DNA of 64,000 bases from positions 5,237,751-5,301,750 of the forward strand of contig OZ037773.1 in NCBI GenBank assembly GCA_964035545.1, read 5' to 3'. The DNA comes from Bugula neritina (Eukaryota; Animalia; Bryozoa). Below, piece by piece: positions 25,986-36,994 of the stretch. A program made the position numbers and the translations under genes. The notes beneath the pieces were generated by a model. It was not told the origin of the DNA. It saw only the letters and a program-made list of their open reading frames with translations, and did no database searches. Positions within the stretch are counted from its first letter, which is position 1; the number at the start of each line of letters is the position of its first letter.

Positions 25986-27152
25986 CAGGGTTGGGGTCAA
26001 TTACATGTAAATGTAATTAATTACAATTACAATTACATGAAGATTTGTCAATTACAATTACAATTATAATTACAGTTAAAAATAAATGTAATTAATTACA
26101 ATTACAATTAAATGGTAATGTAATTAATTACAATTACAATTACTTTTGTTCTCACAAGGAATAAATAGAAGTCACTTCTAGGGTCCAACTACCCGGGGCA
26201 GTGTTGACAGTGGTGAACCTCTTTTGTTTTCTACAGTGATACTACAGGGTCATTCCATACCAAATCAACCAACTTTCAAGGGGTCCCACGTCTTTGTGTC
26301 TCAGATTTTGCTCATATTTACACTAAATAGACCTACACATGTTCAGATTACCATTCGTGAATATTTCTGGCCTGACACAAAAACATTTTGAGAAATTACT
26401 ACTTTGGTGAACAAAGGTTGGAAAATATTTTGAGAAAAATTTGTGATTTATACTTTTAGACCAATTTATAAGTAATTTAAAATTTGATTAGGCGAGTATT
26501 TGAAATTTTTCAAAATCTACAATGATTTGTTCATATTCAATGACTTTGCATATATGCACACAAAGTATTCTGTAGTATGTGTTGCTACTAGTGCAAATTG
26601 ATAGGTATTATCAAATCACACAGCAAATTTTAAGGCTCAGTCTAGAAAAATGATTGAGATATATAGACGTTTATAGATTAGTCTAAAAGTAGAAATCACA
26701 AATTTTCCTCAAAATGTTTCTCAACCTTTGTCCACAAAAGTAGTCAGTTCTCAAAAAAAATTTGTGTCAGGTCAGAAATACTGAAGAAGAGTACTTGAGG
26801 CATGTGTAGGTCTATTTGGTTTAAACATGAACAAAATCTGAGACACAAATAGACGCGGGCAATTCGGTGAGCTGGCATGGAATGACCTTACTATATTGAC
26901 CTAACTATCTGAACTTGTTATTTAACAGTAGGCATTGTAGAAAAAGGAGTTTTTTAAGATTTAAAAGTTTGAAGTAATTGACATGTAATTATAAAGTAAT
27001 TGTAAAATTCAATTACATTAGATATGTAATTAATTACAATTACAATTACAATTACATTTCTAAACCTCAATTACAAATTACATTCAATTACTTGAAAAAA
27101 TGTAATTAATTACAGCCAATTACAATTACAAATTACAATTACCCCAACCCTG
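25986..27152. mobile_element. Non-autonomous hAT DNA transposon with (AATTAC)n subterminal repeats
   Basis: TIRs CAGGGTTGGGGT...ACCCCAACCCTG and an exact 8-bp TSD ATTATCAT (25978-25985 / 27153-27160). Confidence 0.92.
26247..26888. mobile_element. Foldback MITE with ~225-bp imperfect inverted arms, nested in the hAT element
   Basis: GGGTCATTCCATACCA ... TGGCATGGAATGACCT; arms ~26247-26470 and ~26670-26888 are reverse-complementary. Possible 4-bp TSD TACA/TACT; superfamily not assigned. Confidence 0.8.
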
Positions 27153-27255
27153 ATTATCATTATGAGTATTACTATTAGTATGTCAAAGTAAAACTTAAAT
27201 ATTGAATTTGACCTACACAAGGTAAAAATCAAACTTGAAGTTAAAGTAACACTAA

Positions 27256-27599
27256 GCCTAGGGCCACACGGTGCGTATTTTCGCATGCGAAAATTGAAGC
27301 CACAAGTAGCAAAGGCGTCCACTGTAGCGTCAGTGATGCGTGATAAATAAAGCTCTCATTTTTAAATCGCACTCGCTTTCAATAAAACGCAATTTACTGG
27401 AATTCAGCACTAAAATAAAGAAATTGGGCTCGCTTAATAACTACCAGCCAATTAGGTGACGACGACAGCGACGATTCGCACTTGCGTTGAAAATGCAGAG
27501 CGACAAGTGCGAATGTTTTCTCAACGCGCACAGTGGACACCTTTGCTACTTGTGATTTCAATTTCCGCATGCGAAAATACGCACAGTGTGGCCCTAGGC
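27256..27599. mobile_element. PIF/Harbinger-type MITE (344 bp)
   Basis: ~70-bp TIRs beginning GCCTAGGGCCACAC, TAA TSD on both sides. The reconstructed empty site CAC-TAA-GTG fits the PIF/Harbinger CWCTWAGWG target preference. Confidence 0.9.
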
Positions 27600-27989
27600 T
27601 AAGTGAGTCTGACTGTAATCAGTAATGATTATAACATTTATTACTATATTAATCTAATCACCTTAGTCTAATCATCTAATGTATTAGCATCACCATTAAC
27701 ATTACCTTAGTTTATTACCTCTTTTGAGGTAGGATTTCCACAGCAACTGGAATGTCCATAGGGAAGCCTCTACTGACAACTTATATTAGGCCAGAGTTAG
27801 CATTTGCTACAGCATTTGCTGTTGTGCAATTATTTATTATATTTTCAGGGCTTCTCACAAATATTTTGTAGCAGAAAACTAGTGGGGAATATGCTTTTTC
27901 TAGCTGATATCGAGATAAGCTCTCCTCTGGCAGCTGTTAGGGTGGCTACAGTTACAAGCTCCTTGTCTGTAATAATCTCATCATAGGCT

Positions 27990-28395
27990 CTGGATAGAGT
28001 TCGGTGCTGATCTTCATTCTAAAGAATCCAGGTCAGTAAACAAAGTCAATAGTTTTTTCTTCTGTCTTCCTACAACCGGAGTCCTAACTCATCAGTGTGT
28101 CCTTCCGGATTGCTTATGAACTGCATGGCACTGTTCTGAACCAGCTCTATATCATGGACTTTGCTTCTAGTCGCAGGATCCCAAAGCACATATGTATAAT
28201 CGAGTACAGGTCTGCATAGACTTGTGTAAGCCAGTAGCTTAACCTCCTTTGGGGCATCATACACCAAGTTCTTGATTCCTCCAAGGACTTTCCGGGACTA
28301 GGTACACTTCCCATTTATATGCTGATCAAATCTTAGGTCTGACTAGATTCTTACCCCAAGGTATTTGGTGCAAGGCATGTGGTACTGAGTCTGTA
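27990..28395 (-). mobile_element. Decayed non-LTR retrotransposon (CR1/L2-like LINE ORF2 3' fragment)
   Basis: TKYLGVRI*SDLRFDQHI (RT KYLG motif with a stop), then in another frame KLLAYTSLCRPVLDYTYVLWDP...IELVQ, the typical post-RT segment. Confidence 0.85.
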
Positions 28396-30615
28396 ATGTG
28401 ATATGGGAGTCATTTCTTTTCATTGAAGGGCATTTTGCATTTCACAGACAACTCATAGATGGTGTTAATGTCCTTTTGATGAAATTGCATGTATCACCAT
28501 CAGTATTATCACGATATTTGATAATGATAATCAATATAATCACTTTGAACTTGCCATTGGCCATTGCAGTGATTGCATATTCATATTGATATTGATATAC
28601 CACTTTCAAACTTGAAATTAATCAGAATCACAATTCATAATCATAATGATAATGGTAATGATTATGATATTCATAATGCTTATACTTATACAGTTATAGT
28701 TATGTTATGCAATTTCAAAGTCAATCTGAAAATGAAAAATTGAATCTAAAATTATAATACTTTTTTATAATCATAATAATAATATTAATTACATAAATAA
28801 AATTAGAGAATTCAGTTTCACATTCATTTTCAAACAGTTTGACATTATGATCATCGTTAGGTGATTATAATATTGATAATTATAATGTCTGTTAATAATG
28901 ATATTCTAATTCATAATCATAATGATAATCATATTGCTTGAGCTTAACTCTAACATTTGAATTTTGATAAAAAATTAAAATTGCTATTAGTATTAGGCTA
29001 CTATTAGTATTACTATTACTATTAGCATAGAAAAATAATGATACTAATATAACATTAATCAGTTAATTAGTTGTCATCATCAACTCAGCACCTGCAATAG
29101 TATTAGTATAAGTATAACAATTGCCTTAGCAGTGTTTGACTGGAAATTGTGCATTGAACTTGAAGTTCAATAGCATTGATTAGTTTAGTTTAGTTTTAGT
29201 TGAATAAATAAATACAACTGTCGCTATTTGGGTAGGGGTTATTCTCAACCCCCAAACTTCGAAACCAATACTATTTTAGGAAAAAAAAACAACTATTGTC
29301 AGTCGAATGGCCAATGAATTGGAGTTGTATTCTACCTAAGCGTATTGCCGTATTGTCAATAGACCCAGTTCCACTACCATTGTGCATTGTTGTGAAAGTA
29401 TTTTCAACAGCACAAGACAGCATGTTAACTAATACACTTTGTTCAGTAATGCGACACAAATTATAAGTATTTCTATATTATGTTAGTGTAACTTCAATCA
29501 ATAAAAGCTTAGAAGTTGAAAATTAATTTGCAAGGTTTATAACGTAAACATGCACAGGTCTCATGCAATTCTTTTAAAATCAACCGTCGCATTAGGCATC
29601 AAAGAAGACAAGTATCAAGTATAGCTAGTTAAGAAGCTATGCTCCTATATCAAATATACATGACTATCTCATATAGTTTTCAGAAAAGAGAATGCTAGCC
29701 AGTATTTAAAGTTCATGATCAAAAGTAGATTAAAATTAATTCATAGCACCCTTTATTGACTCCAATAGAAAACCCTGTGGCTAATGCCAAACAGAATAAG
29801 AACTAAATAATAACTGCAACATCAAGTTTGAAAATGCATAAAAATTAAATAAAATAGCCAAAAAATCATAACACATTGTTCAACAATACATGTAGAAAGC
29901 TTGATTTGCAAATCAAATTTAATAAAAGCTCTTCAGTAACCTAATTTTTTACAACGTTAGAAAACTTTGAGACTCAATGGATTCAAATAACATAGTGCTT
30001 TGATAACAGCAAAGACATAATAATATGCAACAATGTAGACACTTGAATAGCCCAAAGTGTATCAGACATAGAGCACCTGTAAAGGAGGTTTGTCCTCCTA
30101 TACTGTAGAATTTATTCCAATGCACATACTTTATGCTGTGCCAGGTTTTTTAAAAGATATACAATGTCCTGGGTACTAGAAGACTCTAAACTATGATACT
30201 CAAATTGAATTGCTATAAAAAATTATCTCTCTCATATAAATCAAAGCGATGCTGTTTAAGCAATATATAACTAACAAGTGATACAACTGATTTGATAATC
30301 AAATAAAAAGGACCTAAAATCAATAACAAAATAATAAATGTTATAACAAACATGATGAACATAATACATTTAATAAAACATAATAAATTACATGTATAAG
30401 AAAAAGCTGTACAAAAAACTATCATGGATGAAATAGTATTAGCAATAAGTTACTACCAGATGATTGTTTTAGAACATAATAGCAAGAGTTGTCTTTCCAA
30501 ATGGGTGCTGAAAAGATTGTTGATATTATTGAGGCAAACCATCCCACGCTATTGTGGTGAGAATTCTAGCACCAATGATTGTCAAATAAGAACCTGTCCA
30601 ACCTGCGAAGTGATG

Positions 30616-33600
30616 TCATACTTCAACATTAGGATCTGACTGTTCATAGCCATTAGCTGGCATCTTATCCTCATTCTTAATAACAGCGGGCTCTGTGCGA
30701 GTGTGCCATACGAGGACCTGTAACATGACAACCACATAACTTTATTCAAGGCAATGCAAATCTAATTAATAACATAACGAAATCACATGACTATGCAAAG
30801 CAGTACATTAGCAAATCCAATTTATAACTTAAGTAACTCAACTATTCGACTAATTTGATAGATTACCTCTTTACAAGAAGCCAGTTTTGGAAAAATTTGA
30901 ACTATTGAAATATGATATCATTTTCTTTACTCATTACAGTTTGAAAGTGGACAGATAACTTTCCCAAGCATACAAATACATGCAGAGTTTTCACTTTCTT
31001 TTCATTCAATACTGTACATTTGTATCTGACTTTGTACTCATACAAAAACGTTGTTCATTTATAGATGTTTTTCACATAGGAACATGAAGGGAACAGCCGT
31101 GACCTAGTGGTTAGAAGGCAGGCCTAGTGTAACACAAGTCAGGGGTTCAAGTCCTAGTGAAGAAAAACATCCAATGAGGATTGCTCCTGTGTCCCAGTTG
31201 AGCTGCTCACATTATGTTACCAGCATAGTAGGAAACTCAGCCCTTAACTGGCTTAAAACCTTTCCTATAAGTATGGAGACTTTAAAAAGATGTGAGTTTC
31301 ACATAAAAACATGCAAGTGTCCAAACTTAGTTAATGAAAACAGATAAGGTAATATTACTAAATGGTAACAATCAATAAAATCGTCTATGAATACTTTCAT
31401 AGTTGATGTCCGAACTGACCACCCACATAGCCAGGTCAACAATGACTTATAATATAACCTTATTCTTACCTCAGTGCACATCTTAGCCCTAGGCTCCAAG
31501 TCACTGAGAGTAACACCAAGGGACTGTAGTAAGCCTGTCTCTTGAAATCCCCTTTTAGCTGTGATGTCAAATTTAGCCAAAGAGTTCTACAAGGATAATA
31601 ATATAATTAAACCTGATATAATAGAATGTGTGGGATGTAGAAATGATAGCGTAACATTGGTATACTTGCTAGCATGAATATATACAGGAATATATGCTGA
31701 AAATCAATTGGAGTGTAAAATTGGAAGGAGTCTAAGAAGTCAAGTTTCAAGTACCTCAAGTATAAAACAAACTTGTGCCTCAAGTATAAGACAAGTACCT
31801 CAAGCATAAGATAAGTACTTCGAGTAGAAGGCAAGTACCTCAAGTATAATACAAGTACTTTAAATACAATACAAGTATTTCAAGTACAATACAAGTACCT
31901 CAAGTACAAGACGGAGATTAACTGCAAACCCAGCCATATCCATAGCAAACTTCCTCTCCTTTCTATACCAGAGTGTATGCCAATCAGTCACCTTAAAAAG
32001 AACTTGATTATTAAAACTTACGTCATAACAATAGATACATTCACAGCTATGCCCAATCAAAGTTACGTTCTCCTAAATTATTTTGCTGGTTGAAGTTGAT
32101 GCAAGAGTTTGATATAGAATGAGTCCTAGCAGCTAAACAATTGGCAGGTTTTATTGTTACACATCAGTTATGACTTAATGTTGAAGATAAGGAAGACGTC
32201 TTATTCAGTTTCATGGTGGATACGATTAAATAACATTACTTTTATAGCTTAATAGCACATTCGCGCACGCTACACACACACACACACACACGCACGCTCA
32301 CACACACGCACAGAAACACACGCACACAGAGACACACACACACACGCATACACACACACGCACAGAAACACACACACATATGCATACACGAAGGCACACA
32401 GAGACAAACACACAAAAACTGTGAACCGGGAACGTTTTGAAGTTTGTTCCTTTTTAAACCAAGAAGAGCCGTAATAAGCTTATAACTCGTAGCTTCTGTT
32501 AATAATTATATAATAGAATTTCAAGGAAGGCAATAACATATTTGTAAATTCAAGCCTGAGAGTTCAAGTAGCTACAAGATTTACTGCGAGCCTTGCACCA
32601 TGCAAATAGCCATATAAACTTACTTTGCCATTTGTTATTATTGGAGCTTCGTACCGTAACTTCCCAACCAAACCAACTGGCCACACTGAAACCACCTTGG
32701 TATGCCTCATCTAAAACACAAATTATATGCCAACCTAAATTCATTAATAAACTTAAACAGTATTTACATATTTCTAAAATTCTCCTTTTCAATCACAACT
32801 AATAAATATTTTTCTTCTTAGGAAAAGATTTACAATAAAATACCAACACATATGATAGAATACCTCATGGAAAAGTTCAGTGCTATAGGTGTTGTCATCA
32901 TCAGCAAAGTAGACAACTCCATGATGATAGTCTGCATTTAAATTTGTTCTGAGCCAGGATAGCCCAGTATTTCTTTGTAGAACACCTAAATACAGATATG
33001 GGTTCATAAAAAACACCTAAATACAGATATGGGTTCATAAAAAAATATGAAAGAAGAGAAGGGAAAAGCTGCTCCATGGATATTTCCTGTGAAGTTGAAT
33101 TCTATCTCAAACTATGTCTATTTTGGTCACACTTGTCTCTGTACACTGTAAATACTTCTATCAGTGAACCTAAAGCTTTATGATTGCTAGGTGACCAAAT
33201 ACTTGAACTATCACTTTATTGGGTAAGTTTTATGGCTTGTGGTTATGGAAGTAGAATAACACACCTCTTGGCTTCAGCCAATTGGGATCCTGTTCCTTCA
33301 GTTTCACTTCTGGGGGTGTGACTGATAGCAGGTGGGTGGTGTTTAGCCCGGTGTTCTTCAAAAACTTGGTAACAAGCGGGCTCTTTACTTGTGCGTCTTC
33401 AACCACGATCCAATGAATGTTAGGAACTGATTTGAATACTGTAGCTAATCTGGTCAACTCAGCTTTCTATAATATACCATAGTCTGTGCACCCAAGAGAA
33501 ATGTAAGTGACTCAGTTACTACAACTATAATAATTTTAAAAATCAAATTTTATTTTAAAGAAAATATTCAAATTTTATCAAAGCTACATTAATCATCTCC

Positions 33601-34877
33601 CCATTAGCCAAACTAGTGCTTAATTAAAAACACACTTTCACCATTAAATGAAGTATTGGGTATTGTGCTATAGACAACAACTGCATTTCTTGTTTAAATG
33701 GAAGACTTTCCGGATAGACTAATTTTCTGTCATACTTAATGCCCAGTTGAGAGTTATGCCCACCATGCCAGTACATACACTGACCTTATTATCAAAGGCA
33801 GCCTCATGAACATGTAAAAGTTTGGTGACATATAAAAATCAAACTCAAACATTTTATAAGACTGCTCTTAACAATTCAGTTAAAGGAAGTATCGACAAAT
33901 TAAGATATTTAAAAACAAATTAACATATTGCAAAAAAGAAAATTTTAATTTTTATAAAAATAGGTGTCGTTAGACTGAAATGAGTTGTCTGCTTTCAAAA
34001 AAGATAAAAGTATACTGTAAATCTAGTTAAAAAACTGTTATACTTTATAAGCTGAACGATTGTTTTGTGAAAGCTTATTATAGTTGACAGTTGCATTAAT
34101 TAGTACAACACGTTAATTAAAAAACATGTTACACACTTTAAAAAACAAGATTTGTATTTTGTATTGAAAAAATTAAACATCTTGGATAAAAAAAATAATT
34201 TCAATACTAAAGTATTTATCATACTTGAACAAGCCGTGTATATGTTGGAGTGATAATATAGATAGTTGGAAGTCCAGGAACATGATGATGTTTGTCTAAA
34301 CTATTTAGCTGATTACGAAGATAATTTATCTCTTTTTCTTTTGAGTCTAAAGCTCGTTTCATTCTATCTGCTTTTCTTTCACTAGCATTACCCATACCTC
34401 CACTACAGTTCTCTAATAATAGATGACAATTACAAGTCACTTTAGTATAAATCATTCATCATATAAGCATGAACATTTTAGAACATCAATTGACCATTAA
34501 AATTAATCTCAAAATGTGATTACAAGAGTTGCTGCAGCATAATTCACTTTTTGAATATAGGCACAAGCTTTAAACATGTTTATTACAAAATATCCAAATA
34601 AATATTCACAGCTGAAGACAGGATAATCTGCACAATTTTAGCTCTCTTACTATGATTATTATGGAAAACAAAATTTGTATTCAAAAATACTTATTACTCA
34701 CTGAAAACATTTCGCTCTAAAGCTTCATTACAAGATCACAGACTCAATGGGCACAGAATAATATATAACTAAAATAATTCTACTTTACTCACCTAGTTGA
34801 ACAAAAAGAACTAAAATCCACACAGCGCTGAATAAAATTAAAATATGAAAAATATCTCTCCCAGTAAACCGAGCCAT
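30616..34877 (-). CDS. B3GAT3: Galactosylgalactosylxylosylprotein 3-beta-glucuronosyltransferase (GT43, GlcAT-I type), ~331 aa
   Basis: complement(join(30616..30717,31470..31586,31899..31991,32624..32710,32864..32985,33265..33466,34225..34412,34793..34877)), 996 nt. N-terminal TM anchor; motifs ITPTY, WIVVED, YFADDDNTYS, FAMDMAGFAVN, VLVWHTRTE and C-terminal SDPNVEV. Orthology to B3GAT3 rather than B3GAT1/2 is not proven. Confidence 0.92.
31089..31297 (+). mobile_element. tRNA-derived SINE
   Basis: Pol III A-box TGACCTAGTGG and B-box GGTTCAAGTCC, body similar to the 13087 copy, degenerate flanking repeat TTCACATAGGAACATG / TTCACATAAAAACATG. Confidence 0.75.
31741..31912. repeat. 20-bp minisatellite (ACAAGTACCTCAAGTAYAAK) spanning the B3GAT3 exon 6 donor
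   Basis: About 8 diverged units; the terminal unit overlaps the exon end CTTGAG|GTACTT on the minus strand. Confidence 0.85.
32263..32415. repeat. Imperfect (CA)n microsatellite
   Basis: CACACA runs interrupted by CG/GA. Confidence 0.95.
32981..33042. repeat. Exact 31-bp tandem duplication of the B3GAT3 exon 4 acceptor
   Basis: AACACCTAAATACAGATATGGGTTCATAAAA occurs twice in tandem. Confidence 0.95.
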
Positions 34878-36084
34878 GATTTCTAATTTTCACCTCCAGT
34901 TGCAATAATTCTGTGTTTTTTTAAGCAAAAGCTTCGGGTAGCCTAAAACAAATGTATATTTTATTAAATTAAATTGTATAACTATAATTTCAGTCATATT
35001 TGTTTTAGCATAGATTCAAACATTAACTCATTCTTATTATTATCATAGTTATAAGCCGAACAATACAAATATACTTTTAATAATCATGATAATCATAAAA
35101 AATTGGCCATCAATTCATACATTTATTTGGAGTCTAATGGGCATTTGTACATTTCACTCAGTGCCATTAGTAAGTCTAAGTAAAACTACAAATCATAGTT
35201 AAAAATTCAAAATATTAGCATTACGTATTACTATTACTACCAACCACATCCACTGTGACTAGAAGACTGAATATGAATATGACTATGGTCTATGGGTAGA
35301 ACTCTCGCTATCAATAATAACATAAGCATAGCAATTAGTTTCCCATTTATAATCTTTAATCACAGGCTATTAAAAGTATGAAAATTTGTTCATGCTTAGT
35401 TTTGCATAATTTTTAATTTCTCAGCCTTTACATTCATTACTAGTAAGATTACTATTAGTATTAACTTTTAGTATTATAACTTGAATTTTAAACTTATAGT
35501 TAAACTTTATGTTACACCAATTAAAATTATAACTATTATAGTTGATATTAGCATTAGATTTAGTGACTATTACACCCATTAGTATTCGGCTTAGTAGTGT
35601 TACTATTAATATTAGTATTAGTACTACTATTACAGTATTACTTATAATTTTTCCTTTTTACCATAACTATTACTATTAGTATAACTACTACTACTAGTAT
35701 TAGAATAAATACTTAAAATTAAAAGTATTAGTATTATTATTCCTATAAGTATTAATATTACATTTAAATTTACTTTTAGTTTTAGCCTCTTCTCCAGAGT
35801 TCCAGTTTCCTTTGACCCATGAAGTTGTAACTGTTGTTAAAGCTAATAGTAGCCTAATACTAATAGTAATAGTAATACTATATTTGTTAATAACAAATAT
35901 AACAATGTCACTTTCAATGTGAATGTTAATCATAAACATATTGTTAATCGTAATGACTAATGAAGTAATGTTATAGTTATACAAATATAAAATAAGATAA
36001 TCATTATCAAATATCATAACGATAATCATATTGATATTCTGATTCATAAAGATATACAAAAAATAATACCCAGATAATAAGTAC

Positions 36085-36450
36085 CTAAATAACGGTAGAG
36101 CACAACCAATCTACATCACGAGCACATCATAGCACATAAGATGTAGCCCATCGCTTGAACTTTTGAGTCTTTTCAGTTTTCTGCTTTTCTAATTCTACAG
36201 TTGATGTTGATGTTCTCACCAATTATCATGCCAACACACTAAAAAGGAAGCTGTAGTAAGGTTTTAACTCCAATCGCTATTATGTATTATTTTGTCAAAC
36301 CAATTTCTATTTGATAACCGATATAAAAGTGATGTTCTGTGGTGTCTGTTGAGCGAATCATTGGCGTTTATCGCAAAGAACTTGGTTTCTTTTTGGCGTT
36401 CACGTTTCTGTTTGGATTGATTCATAATTATTGTTACCCGAGTTCAAGAG
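36085..36450. promoter_or_regulatory. Putative bidirectional promoter and non-coding first exons of B3GAT3 (-) and ARMT1 (+)
   Basis: Head-to-head genes; candidate donors AG|GTACTT (minus, 36084) and AG|GTAAAA (plus, 36451) face outward; locally more CpG; periodic low-complexity tracts on both sides. Confidence 0.55.
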
Positions 36451-36994
36451 GTAAAACCAGTTAATCATCAACTACCAATTATAAAATTAACACACACTAG
36501 AATGAGTTTTAATATTTAGCTATAAGCATAATTGCGTTCAAATCACATCAGCGAAAAGCTAGTGCAACACCTACTCCTAGGGCTAGTGACTGTGACACTG
36601 ACTGTGAGTCCTACGGCTACTAATTCTAAGTACTACGTCTACTACTAAAAAGTGAGTACTACTACTACTAGGAGTAAGACTCAGTAACACTAACTCAGTA
36701 AGTGTAACTATATGGTCGGTACTATAACTAATAGTAATATCAATAGTAACACCTTAGGCTTATATTATTATACATTACAATTTGAATTACACCGACAAGC
36801 TCACTATTCAGTATTCATATCCGCATTGTAGCAGACTTAAACTTAAAGTTAATTGCGGTTGTGTTTCACTTAAAGTTAATCATAATGAGTCAGTGAATCA
36901 TGCTATCTCTTTTTTCGTTAAACAGTTGGTGTTTGTTTCACTATTCTTTGTTACTATAGTTTACCGTGTAAACCTCGACTTGTGGACCTAAACT

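Noticed and set aside
31089-31160. Possible tRNA gene
   Set aside because: A and B boxes are present but there is no coherent cloverleaf or acceptor stem; it continues into a SINE body bounded by direct repeats.
35700-36059. 119-aa Ile/Asn-rich ORF
   Set aside because: By-product of the periodic low-complexity tract in B3GAT3 intron 1.
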